Positions 1-11,090 of a stretch of DNA of 64,000 nt are shown here, piece after piece. The stretch lies in assembly GCA_950097015.1 (NCBI GenBank), contig CATNEN010000001.1:12896001-12960000 (forward strand), given 5' to 3'. The DNA is from Macrostomum hystrix. Its lineage: Eukaryota; Animalia; Platyhelminthes. The translations under genes were made by a program, and so were the position numbers. Below the pieces are notes generated by a model that was not told where the DNA came from, made no database searches, and saw nothing but the letters and a program-made list of their open reading frames with translations. Every line of letters begins with the position of its first letter. Within the stretch, counting starts at the first letter, position 1.

Positions 1-2000
1 ATTCATGCTACCACTTCGACAGTTCGTCTTTTAGCTTGTACTCACGATAATTCATGCTTCCCCTCGATAATTTTAGCAACCGACATTGATAATTTAGCAA
101 ACCCCTCGATAAAATATGCTACACCTCGATAATTCATGCAAACCGCTCGATAATTTGCAATACATGTCTATAAATTATTTATTGTAAATTTAAATAAAAT
201 GACTATTTTGTCTATGATTCATGCTTTTCCCACGATTTTTGCTTCCTATCGATAGTGAATGATTTTTCGTCAATAATTCATGTTTTCCTGTCGATACTTC
301 ATGCTTCCTACTTGATAATTGATGCTTCCCCTTAATAGTTCATATTTACTCTCTTGAAAATCAATGTTTCCTCCTCGATAATTTGTGCTACACCTATATA
401 AAACATGCTACCCCCGACAATACCTGCAAGCCTCAATAATTCATTCTAGCCCCTCGTTAAACCGTGCTCCCCCATCGATAATCAGCTATTTATACATGCT
501 CCCCCCGAAAATTCATGCTCAGCCCTCGATAATTCATGCTTTCTCATCAGATTAATGAGCTTATTCTCTTGAAAAAATAGAATATACCTTAAAGTATCAT
601 TTTATCCGCTGGAGATGCTTTTTTCTCTCGAAAATCGGATGCTATCTGTTTAAGATATTCCCTATATATTTAATGCTTTTCCTCACAAATTCCATGCTTC
701 ATACTTCATATCTTATCCATGCATTTATCTAGCGCTATGTTCTTTTATTTCCCCGGTGGGACAGCTTTTTGGGGCGCAGGGTGGGGCGCCATGCGCCCCG
801 CTATACGCCCCCCGCCGGCTGGGTTTCGTCAAATGTTTTCTTCAAAGTAATATTATTTATTCTTTTTTCTTCAAAAAAATATATAAGCCGTCCTGCTTGA
901 AAAAACAGTCTTCATTTAGTTTTAAATCGAATAACGCTTGAAGCAGTGTCTGATAATTTTTTTTAAATAATAATGCTTTTAGCTATTATTAGCATATTTT
1001 TTACTTCTGAATCTGATAACGCATGCAGCTATGCTTGAAAAAATGTTCAAATGAAAAATGAAAAATGCTAATAACTTTGCTCAAAGTATTTTCTCATATT
1101 TCTGAATCTAATAACGCTGGCAGGTACGAGCGTACGAGTATATGCTCGAAAATTCTTTCCTCTGTTTTGTATCGAATAAAACTTGCCGCAGCTCTCGAAA
1201 CTTATTTTATTCTTGTCTCAGAGCGAGAGTATAATTGATCTAACGAATATTTGCTTCGAGAGTAGCTAATCAAAGGCGCTAAATACTAGCAGTTACTTGT
1301 AACTAAAATCCGAAAAAACACTCGTAACAACGGTTACTCATGTTTTTAACTGTTGATGATAGAATAAAAAAGAAACTTATTCAGTAAAAGTGGTGCTGAA
1401 ATTTGACCTGCATTCTGTAAAACAAAAGTACTGATAAACCTCGGAGCTGGATGAAAAGAAAGCGGCACAATGATCGAAGTCGAGATCATTCAATTATATA
1501 TAGGCTGCAGCCATGCCATCCCTTGTAAAATCATGCTACCGCGATGGCAGAGCATGCCACCGTACAGATATATCACGCTACCCTCGATGAACCACGCGAC
1601 CCTCTCGACAATACATTCTAACCCTTTCGATAATTACTGCTACCCTCTTGATAATTTATGGTTTCCTCTCGATAACCCATGCTTCCACTCGCGAATTCAT
1701 GCTTCCCTATGATAATTTGTGTTACATCTAGAAAATGCATGCTGTTCTGCTGTTGAAATTTCATGCTTTTCTCTTGATAATGCATGCTTTTTCGTCGACG
1801 ACTCATTCTTCCCCCTAAATATTTTATGCTTCCCCCCTGTATAATTCAGGATAATTTTCGATAATTTCTCGATAATTTTTGCTTACCTTCGAATATTCAA
1901 GTTTTTTTATCGATAGCTCATGCTTCCCTGGATCATTTATGCTGCCGTCTGGAATCTTCATGCTTTCTTCTTAAAATCGTAGGCTTTCTCCTGGAGATCT
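1..2000. repeat. Degenerate ~20-21 bp satellite (consensus ~GATAATTCATGCTTCCCCTC), patches at ~1-720 and ~1520-2000, also 3200-3330
   Basis: Recurrent gataattcatgct/cccctcgataat motifs at roughly 20-bp spacing. Confidence 0.75.
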
Positions 2001-2055
2001 AATGCTTTTCTTCACAAACCTCATTCCAATTCACTTAATAAGCCATTACTTCTCC

Positions 2056-2385
2056 CCGAAAGCTCATGTTATCGCACCGAAATCTCATGTTATCGCACCG
2101 AAAGCTCATGTTATCGCACCGAAAGCTCATGTTATCGCACCGAAAGCTCATGTTATCGCACCGAAAGCTCATGTTATCGCACCGAAAGCTCATGTTATCG
2201 CACCGAAAGCTCATGTTATCGCACCGAAAGCTCATGTTATCGCACCGAAAGCTCATGTTATCGCACCGAAAGCTCATGTTATCGCACCGAAAGCTCATGT
2301 TATCGCACCGAAATCTCATGTTATCGCACCGAAAGCTCATGTTATCGCACCGAAATCTCATGTTATCGCACCGAAAGCTCATGCC
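2056..2385. repeat. 21-bp minisatellite (CCGAAAGCTCATGTTATCGCA)n, ~15-16 copies
   Basis: Near-perfect tandem array; source of the spurious HVIAPKA ORFs. Confidence 0.97.
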
Positions 2386-2419
2386 ATGCCCTGGAGATTC
2401 CATGCAATGTCAGCTTAAA

Positions 2420-3005
2420 TCAGAACATATCAAATCACCAACCAGCAATTAAACTGAGACTCCTAACAGTAGAAACACCATGCTTGGGGAAAGACCCCAG
2501 GGGAATTTCAAATACCCACTGCCTACTTCTCGATAGCAGCGATTTAACGCAAGCGTAACACTCGGCCACACTCCTGCACAGTGGTCAAATGCCCTAATCA
2601 CACCGATTTATAGAAAGTAGTGACCCCAAAAACTACAGACCCTTAAGCGTGCTGCCTGCCCTGGCTCGCCTGTTTGCCTCACTTATCTATGAAAAGCTAG
2701 AAACTCATATTGGCACCCTCGACTTGCTTCAGCCACTCAAATAGGAAATAGAAAGGGCTACCGAACTTCAGACCACAATGCCACTCTCTTGACGTTGATC
2801 CACTGCAAAAAGCGTCGCAAAAGACCATTTCACTTAGTATTCTTTGACTTAAAAGGCGCATTTGATATGGTCCACCAGCCAACACTTTTCCAACGACTTA
2901 AGGAGTTAAAGGTCAGCCCAGAAATAATCAAAGCAATACAAAGCATGAACTCAGGAGCTAAATTTCAACTAAAGGTCTCAGATGGCCAAGCAGCTAAGGC
3001 AAGAA
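2420..3005 (+). mobile_element. Non-LTR retrotransposon (RTEX-like) reverse transcriptase fragment
   Basis: Frameshifted RT motifs (NYRPLSVL..., LVFFDLKGAFDMV); 2579-3005 is a near-identical inverted copy of ~4235-4661. Confidence 0.85.
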
Positions 3006-3029
3006 ACTTAGCTCATTTTCAAATGCTAC

Positions 3030-3207
3030 CCCTTTGATACGAGCTACATTATGCTATCCCTTTGATACATCATGTTACCCCTTTGATACATCATGTTACC
3101 CCTTTGATATATCATGCTATCCCTTTGATATATCATGCTATCCCTTTGATATATCATGCTATCCCTTTGATATATCATGCTATCCCTTTGATATATCATG
3201 CTATCCC
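3030..3207. repeat. 21-bp minisatellite (CCCTTTGATATATCATGCTAT)n
   Basis: ~8 tandem copies. Confidence 0.93.
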
Positions 3208-3330
3208 GCGACAAAGCATGTTGCCTGCTCGATAATTTATGCTTCCCCTCGATAATTCATACTTCCCTCTCGTTAATGCTTTCCTGATAATTCATGCTCC
3301 CTCTCAATAATTCATGCCACCCCTCGACAA

Positions 3331-3470
3331 AGCAGAAATAATCGAAGCAATACAAAGCATGTACTCAGGAGCTAAATTTCAACTGAAGGTCTCAGATGGC
3401 CAAGCAACTAAGGCAAGAAACATAACAAATGGAGTAAGACAATTCTGTACCCTATCCCCTCTACTGACTC
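3331..3470 (+). mobile_element. Third partial copy of the LINE RT segment
   Basis: EIIEAIQSMYSGAKFQLKVSDGQATKARNITNGVRQ...LSPLL; inverted match to ~4186-4322. Confidence 0.8.
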
Positions 3471-3479
3471 TACACTCCG

Positions 3480-4661
3480 CTAATAACTTGAAAATTATGG
3501 AGTCCGAGCGGCTTGTTATGGAGGCCCAGTATGAAATGCTTCTTTTCTGGATAATAATAAAGGCAATCTGCCTAACTCCGAGCGGGCCCCGTTGCCATCT
3601 GTATTTTGGCTGACTTGTAGCATGGCTTTACAGCACCTGATGTTTACCCTTTCAAAAGACAGCGGTCCCAAGGACCCAGGTTCCACGAGACAGGCTTGCC
3701 CCAGGCCTCGGAGGCGTATTGAGCTATGCTTTCTATCATTGCTGCGCAATACAGCATGCGCTGATTGTATCTGACCGCCCCATGGCTAGCTAATTTCCTT
3801 AAGAGAAGAATAGGGCATCCACATTATTTGTCAATCTCTGTGGCGTAGGAGTCCACGGTTCCTTTAGCATTGATGTGAAAGCCAAGATATTTCCATTCTT
3901 TGACACTATCTAACAGGTGTCCCTGCAGAAATAGTTTGTTAGCCGTCTTTGATGGGTCAGGGCTACAGCTAATAACCTTAGCTTTTTGCATTTTGATTTC
4001 TAGCTTGTGGCTCTGACAAAATTCTGAAAATCTGTCGAGGCCCTTCTGCAGCTCTCATGGATTCTCTCCAAAGATCACTAGATTATTGCAGTATAGCAAG
4101 TTGTTGATTTGTTCATCTTTAATGAAGGTGTCGCTGCGAAATGAATCCCTTAGCATTGTGCTCAAAGGATCTATATACGAGTAGAGTGAGTAGAGGGGAT
4201 AGGGGACAGCATTGTCTTACTCCATTTGTTATGTTTCTTGCCTTAGTTGCTTGGCCATCTGAGATCTTCAGTTGAAATTTAGCTCCTGAGTTCATGCTTT
4301 GCATTGCTTCGATTATTTCTGGGCTGACCTTTAACTCCTTAAGTCGTTGGAAAAGTGTTGGCTGGTGGACCATATCAAATGCGCCTTTTAAGTCAAAGAA
4401 TACTAAGTGAAATGGTCTTTTGCGACGCTTTTTGCAGTGGATCAACGTCAAGAGAGTGGCATTGTGGTCTGAAGTTCGGTAGCCCTTTCTATTTCCTATT
4501 TGAGTGGCTGAAGCAAGTCGAGGGTGCCAATATGAGTTTCTAGCTTTTCATAGATAAGTGAGGCAAACAGGCGAGCCAGGGCAGACAGCACGCTTAAGGG
4601 TCTGTAGTTTTTGGGGTCACTACTTTCTATAAATCGGTGTGATTAGGGCATTTGACCACTG
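3480..4661 (-). mobile_element. RTEX-like LINE ORF2 relic (RT domain through thumb/C-terminal region)
   Basis: FDLKGAFD, GVRQCCPLSPLL, degenerate YADD box (LLYCNNLVI), KYLGF and GARSELGRLPL motifs, with stops and frameshifts. Confidence 0.85.
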
Positions 4662-5551
4662 ATTCTGTCGCGAAAAGGGAAACGCAAAAAATAATAATTG
4701 GTCGAGTTGGGGATCGTTCCTCATGCCAATATTAAGTATTTACTCGGAATCAGTAAGTAGGGGCTTTTGTATGAGAATCGTACGAAAAGTACTGTAGAAA
4801 ACTGGATACCAAAGACCACTAGATCTTCTTCTAGTGGTCCTAGGTAGCTTCTCGTGCTAAGAATTAAAAGCTAAATAATCTACTTTTTTTAAAGTACTAC
4901 AAGCGTAGATAAATGTGTTATACGGTTAATTTATCTTATTTTTTAGTTGATTTTATTTAACTGTTTGGGCTTAGAATACGACTAGCAATTCAGTCCCCCC
5001 GAAGGGAAGCCGAACCAGAAATTAGGATCAAATTAAAGTTTCGAAGCTACGAAAGTCGTAATTTACGCTCGTAGCAATGGGGATTAAAAAAGCAAAAAGA
5101 ACACGCTGTGACGAACTAGAGTTCGTGTGCAGACGAGTTTCCCAGAAGCAACACAAATTCGTAAGACCAAAACACAATTTCTTGATATTTCAACCAACGG
5201 CTTGTCAGCGGCAGCGCCAGGGTCCCGGTCCCTTGGTCTCGAATCCAATGCGGTTATTAAAAGGTCCCTAGTCTCCAGCTAATTAAAATGTCCTTACTCT
5301 CTAGTCTTTAGTCTCCGACGCTCACCCTTACGTGAAAAGCCGACATTTCAAATTATATTTAAATTCGTGCCAGGTTTCTCAGAAACATACTCGTAAAGTA
5401 AACAAAAATAAAAAGTGACATCGTCACAACGCAATTGAGCAATTTACTATTATTAATTATACTTAGAATGTCTGCACGTGTTTATTTCTTTTTGAAGTGA
5501 GAATTTGGGATGTGATCTCAGTTTATCGATCCGACTTTTGTTTAAATGTAC

Positions 5552-5860
5552 TCAAAACTCTTCGCCTTCTTGCTGCCACTTTTTCGTCAGAGCCTCCACG
5601 TCCTGAAATTTGAATTTTTACACTATTAGCAAAGCATATAATTGCTAGCTGATGAAAATATAGCTTTTTAAAACAATGTAAAGCTAACTCACGTCAGCAT
5701 CGGAGAATGGATCTTCAGCTGGGCCTTCATCGCTGTTGACCAGACTGCGAGCCATCTCAGTTAGCTGGGTGTCGAAGTCATCTTCGCTGCTGTCACAGCT
5801 GCCAAGCGGCACGAGAGCAATGGCCAATAGGACTACAAGAATTGGGAGTGAGTGTCGCAT
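5552..5860 (-). CDS. Secreted prepropeptide A, 2 exons: complement(join(5552..5602,5693..5860)), 72 aa
   Basis: Signal peptide MRHSLPILVVLLAIALVPLGSC, acidic propiece ending PFSDAD, donor GAC|gtgagt, acceptor tttcag|, exon 2 DVEALTKKWQQEGEEF*; upstream TATATTTA (~5940) and downstream AATAAA (~5481). Confidence 0.72.
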
Positions 5861-6584
5861 TTTCACTTGATTTCAGTTTTAAGCTTTCAACCAGAGAAGA
5901 TGCAAGAATTTAGATGCAAATTCTCGCAATGCGTCTAAATATACTGCGTCTGTAATTTTCACATCAGGGATTCAGCTATAGGAGCTGCAGCTTTTGAATC
6001 CAAGATATATCCGATTCTCTAAAACATGGATCTAAGATTTGCATTTTTTAGCGTTCTGTATTCATACGTACATCAACAATTGGCAAGACGCAGGGTTTTC
6101 CCTGTGCAATGGACAATACAAAAATATTTCTTTACACTTGCTTCATATCTTTTATCTTTAATATTTTTCTTACACATGAAGACATAAATGGTTAATGACT
6201 ACAGTGGTACTGTACAAGCGCCTATTTAAAATACTCTATCCATGTAGCCTCCATCATTTAAGTTCTTGACTTGCATGGTCGCACTCAGCTAACACACGAT
6301 GGCAATTTCATCCAATAAATAGCCGAAAAAAAGCGCTGGATTTCACATAGAATTCTGAATTCTAAATTGGCGCATCATTATCCATTAGCATCTTTGATTA
6401 ACACCTGATTATTATTTTTCTCAATCGTGCATAACCGTTTCAGTAACCAGGATCTTGTGATTAACACTTTGGAATTCTGAACGAGATGTCGTTAGTTCAC
6501 ATCACACCCCCAGGGAAAAACTGTGACCACATTCATTCATTAACTGAGGTTGGAATTTTAGATGGGCATTGCTTCCACCTCTCT

Positions 6585-6667
6585 AGTCCATGGACTGAAC
6601 AGCAGTACGGGCCCTTTAGATGCACCGCGCAATAGCTGCGGCATTGCAAGCTGGCCAAAAATTATTA
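6585..6667 (+). mobile_element. 3' fragment of CORE-type SINE (family 2)
   Basis: agtccatggactgaacagc...tagctgcggc matches the tail of the 46567 copy. Confidence 0.6.
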
Positions 6668-6733
6668 GCTTTATTTCTTGCTCGTTTATATTTCCTTTAC
6701 AGTTTCCTAACATCAAGGTGTATTTACGAATTA

Positions 6734-7089
6734 GGGGATGGGTACAGAGCGGTCTAACGCGTTCGCCTCTCGCACCAAGGCTCGATTCCGCGGCGAGGCC
6801 ACATTCATTTGGGGCGCAGCCGCGGAGAGAAGGCTTCGGGGCTTGTCGTGCAATTTACGCCCTTGAGGGCCAACCTCCAAGGCACATTTAAATGCTTGAA
6901 GATGAGAAAGTCAGGGCAGATGCACACACATGTGTGAGTATGTGCCTGCGTACGGTATCAGAGTGCGTATGTACTCAAGAGTTAGCGAAATGGGTAGAAT
7001 TGCCTCCTCGCTGGCCTCGGGTCTAGTGTCACCAAATGATGTGCCATTGCCCGCAGCCCTCCTGTAAATATTATTATTATTATTATTAC
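6734..7089 (+). mobile_element. tRNA-derived SINE family 1, near full-length copy
   Basis: A-box-like cagagcggtctaacgcg, B-box-like ggctcgattcc, shared body and (ATT)n tail; six further copies in the window. Confidence 0.88.
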
Positions 7090-7324
7090 TCTCGCACTTA
7101 AAACTTGGACATGTTCTTATCTCATAGCCAGAAACAATTTAAATTGTTTATTTTGATAATTGTACAGAAGTTAAATAACGCTCATGTGATGCTTGAAAAT
7201 ACAGCCCGTTAATTATACGCACACGTAAGCCATAGGGTCTTAGATCATAATAAAATAACTGTCATATATTATAGATAAATGAAAAAATTAATTAAAGCAG
7301 TTATTGGTTGGCTGGTTATTCGCG

Positions 7325-7699
7325 TCATCGGTGCCTCGTCCAGAATCGTCCAGAACGATTGTACCATCGACTCGAGCCGACCCGAGAACTGTGCCGGCGC
7401 AGCAGCCACCACTTCTCAGCCTGGCCAGGCTCCTCCTATAAAAAATTGAAAAGCAATTTGCGATACATAAAATTATAAAATCACTCGACAGAGAATGAAC
7501 TCACATCAGCATCATTTTCATCATAGTTCGCCTCTTCATTGTTAAGCAGACTGTCAAGAAGGTCACGATACTGCGAGTCCAGATTGGCTTCGTCCACTGA
7601 GGCGTCAGCAATGGAGGCAGCCTTGCTTGCTTGCGGTGCCATCAGAATCACCAGGAGTGCTCCTATGCCAAGGAAAACGGTTTCTGTTTTAAAGAACAT
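7325..7699 (-). CDS. Secreted prepropeptide B with Trp/Arg-rich cationic C-terminal peptide, 2 exons: complement(join(7325..7435,7505..7699)), 101 aa
   Basis: Signal peptide, acidic propiece ending ENDAD, donor GAT|gtgagt, acceptor tttttatag|, exon 2 EEPGQAEKWWLLRRHSSRVGSSRWYNRSGRFWTRHR*. Confidence 0.82.
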
Positions 7700-8148
7700 T
7701 GCTCTGAATTGAAGTGAGTTTGCAGAAAAGCTGGAAATTATATGATGCTTTTGATGTGTAGCAGTCGCTTTTGTAACTCATTTAACTCCATTATTTGGGC
7801 TGCTGCAATTTTCCAGGATTTATGCACAGATAAATTGTTGATGCCCAAAACACTCGTCATCGTTCGATTATATTAGAACTCGTACAATAGAGTGGTTTAT
7901 CTGTCGCAGAAAGTGTAGCTAAAGAAAAGTCTTATGCAGAAACAAATTTAAAGATTAAAATAAGGTGCTGCGAGATAGTGCAGTTATTGCCATTGTTCGC
8001 TGCAAAAAGAAATGCAAAGCTAAAAAATACAGGAGTTTTACAAGCGGGCTCATTATGCGAGCTGTTGAACTTTTAATAATTATAGAGTTAAACTCAATCA
8101 TCTTGAGGACCGAGTCATCTTGCGAATGCTGGCAATCTGCGAAACCTT

Positions 8149-9204
8149 ATGCAGGCGCTGAATGCGCCGACTCTGTCGTCACTTCGTCAGAAGCTGCAGC
8201 GACTAAACTTCCAGGACTTAATGCGCAACCTGAAAACAACGAGTCTGGACGGCATTATGAAGAAGCTTGGAACATCAAACCTGGGTCATTTGGCCAGTAT
8301 TCTTCGAGTCAGAAGTGTCCAGGGCCTGATGAGGCACGCAGGAGTTCATGACATCGGTGGTCTCATGAAGGAGCTGAGAGTCAAGGATCTGTCAGGTCTA
8401 CTAAGAAGGTTTGGTGCCAAAAGTTTTCGGGATTTCATGCGCCAGGCTGGCGTTCGAAGTCTTCGAAGCCTCATGAAACAGGCGGGTGTTCGTGACATCC
8501 AAGACCTCGTCAGGCAGCTGAAAGTGAAGAACCTTGCAGGCCTAATGAAGGCATTCAGAAGCAGAAATCTTAGCCACCTGCTTCGTCAGGTGGGCGCTAG
8601 AAGCATCGGAAGCTTAATGAAACAGGCGGGAATAAAGAATATTAAAAGCTTGATGAAACAGCTCAACGTTAAGGATCTGACTGGACTCATGAAGATGTAC
8701 CACAGTCGAAACTTGCGACATTTCCTGTGGCAGAACGGCCTGCGAAGCATCCGTGCCCTCATGGCTCAAGCTGGAATAGGAAAACTGCAAGTGCTTATGA
8801 GACAACTCAAACTAACGAAACTCTCAACTCTGATTCAGCAGGCAGGACTCCGCAGCCTAGGAGATCTGATGAAGCAGATTGGTGTACACGACGTTGTAGG
8901 TCTGATGGAGCAGCTGTCAGTGAGTAATCTTTCGGGTCTGATGCAAGAGCTAGGTGTAGGAAATATCACCGAACTGATGCGACAAGTAGGAGCTGACAGC
9001 ACCAGGACTCTGATGAGACAAGCTGGTATTAGCACGATCGGGGATCTGATTGATCAGCTCAAACTGCCGGGCCTCCGGGCTCTGATGAAGGCACTCGGCA
9101 GTAGCGATCTGCAGCACTTTCTGCATCAGGTCGGACTTCGGACCGTCACTGAGCTGCGCCGTGAGCTGAAAAACGCACAGTTTGATGAGACAGTCACTCC
9201 CTGA
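8149..9204 (+). CDS. 12-aa-repeat amphipathic protein, 5'-truncated paralog of the C-terminal half of the 11091-13949 gene (351 aa; gene or pseudogene)
   Basis: Uninterrupted ORF collinear with 12924-13949; nucleotide homology starts ~8107; no signal peptide exon found. Confidence 0.6.
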   Translation: MQALNAPTLSSLRQKLQRLNFQDLMRNLKTTSLDGIMKKLGTSNLGHLASILRVRSVQGLMRHAGVHDIGGLMKELRVKDLSGLLRRFGAKSFRDFMRQAGVRSLRSLMKQAGVRDIQDLVRQLKVKNLAGLMKAFRSRNLSHLLRQVGARSIGSLMKQAGIKNIKSLMKQLNVKDLTGLMKMYHSRNLRHFLWQNGLRSIRALMAQAGIGKLQVLMRQLKLTKLSTLIQQAGLRSLGDLMKQIGVHDVVGLMEQLSVSNLSGLMQELGVGNITELMRQVGADSTRTLMRQAGISTIGDLIDQLKLPGLRALMKALGSSDLQHFLHQVGLRTVTELRRELKNAQFDETVTP

Positions 9205-9809
9205 GCTTGCAGCAATTGGAAGTTCAGCCTAGAATTTCTTAGCAGATATTATAACGATAAGCGATGCATCAGTGAATTTGACAGTACTCATATTTTACTC
9301 CAAACCTTTCCAGTTTTATTCAGTATTTTTTTAAATGCTAAAAGCTGAAATTCTGGTTGCTTGCTGGGTTAAAATTCGAAAGCAGCAACACTTTTGAATC
9401 TTGTCTGACGAAAGTGGAGTCGTCAAGTTTCTTGCGTTCCTTCAATTTTTCTAGGTTTTCAGATTTCTTTTAGCTACTTTTGACTCGTTGTATTGGTTTG
9501 GTTATAGATTTTTTTACATTATTATTGAAATCGAAATCGGACGCCAATTGGGCGCTGATTTTTTGTTTATTTGATGTTGGTAACGAGGCCGAACAATTCG
9601 ATTTAAAAAAAGCGATAGAAGAGCATAGCATGCATATTATTACTCGAAATTTCAGGTGAATAAAATATTTGAAATTTATAAACAAAGACTTTAAAACAAA
9701 AAATTAAGCTAGTGTGTTTTTGCGAGATACGATCAAATATAAGAAAACTAGAACTCAACCTACGAGTATAATCAAGCATTCTAACTATGGGCCTCAGGGC
9801 AGTGGCTTT

Positions 9810-10520
9810 TTATCTAGCTTTAAGTATGCTTTCTATGAAGTCCACAAAAATTTCTGTTAATTCCGTGCTTTCCTGTGTCATTAAATACACAATTTTGTCA
9901 TCAGCTGTTAGGCTATCAAAATTTCGAACAGTGCCTGCCACTTTCTCTATGAATTTTTTTCTAATTGGAACATAAACGGACCAATCGCATCTAAAGAGAA
10001 TATGAGTTTCGTTCTCAACCTCGACTCTACATTTTGGACATGTTCTGTTTTAATAGGCGATTTTCGGTCTTACAGTGCGCAATGTCTCCCAGGCCAGTTT
10101 GTGGTTTCCTAGAGGAAATCGGGACATTGTGCGCCTTTGTTCTGGGTTAGAGATTATTGTTAGGTACTTTTCTCGGGAGAAATCTTTCTTAAACGTGTAA
10201 TAGAAGTAGCTGGGCTTGGCTGATTTTCCCATCCTCTGAGTCCAGTGCCTTCGGAACTCTGACTCAAAGTTCTCCCTGTGCGTTTTGATGGACTTTGTTT
10301 TTCTAGTCTGTTGACAATTCCGCATTACTTCGCTATTGATCGCCGTATTCTCTATCTGCCATCAATTTCACGATGATGGAGTCTGGTCGGCTCCGAATCC
10401 GAACTGAGGACCAGTATTGAAGGCTTCTTTTTTGAATATTCCGATAAATAATAGTGGTAGTCTTCCTAATTCGGACCGAGCACCATTGCAGATCATACGA
10501 GTACATACAGGTTCATTTAT
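9810..10520 (-). mobile_element. RTEX-like LINE 3' fragment with C-terminal CCHC zinc knuckle
   Basis: GARSELGRLPL motif shared with the 3.5-kb copy; RTMSRFPLGNHKL...RTCPKCRVEVENETHILFRC. Confidence 0.8.
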
Positions 10521-11090
10521 GGAAAGGTGGTGCACGGCTTGCAAGTGCAACTGCCTTAGCACCACAATCACATTGAGTAGCCAGCACATTAGGAGCTTGT
10601 GCTGAATGAACTAATTAATGAATGAAATATATATACAGGCTCGGCTGTACACTTTGCTCAATAAATAATTATATTATCTATTTGAAAATCTTCAAGCTTG
10701 CAGCCTCTGAATGTCTCCAAATCCGTCATTTTTTCAGTCGCCCAAATGAGAAACAAAAAAGCACGGATTTTAAAGAAACTTCCAACAAAAGCATTCTACG
10801 CGAAGGGCTTCTTCTTCTACCAGTGATAAATTGGCCTCTGCTGGTTAGGCTGTCTGTGCTTAATTAGCCCCTAAACTCTAAGACAGGTAGAAATATGAGA
10901 GCGTTTATACAGAGCTCTCCACGTACCCGAAACTCTCAAACTATTTAGAATTGCAAGGCGAATCCCGGTTGTGGGGATTGGGCATTCCACGCGATAAGCA
11001 AATCCTGGATTTGTTGGACTTAATAAAGGCTGTAGGTATTGACGCTGTGGCAGTCGATTCGTGCTGTGACCCGACAATATCCATCACTCC

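Noticed and set aside
2002-2452. Repetitive ORFs (HVIAPKA etc.; likewise 11331-12114, 17470-18141, 19810-20410, 24661-27373, 30494-31168, 46175-47302)
   Set aside because: Translations of near-perfect DNA minisatellites, open in several frames and strands and mostly intronic; no sign of protein-level selection
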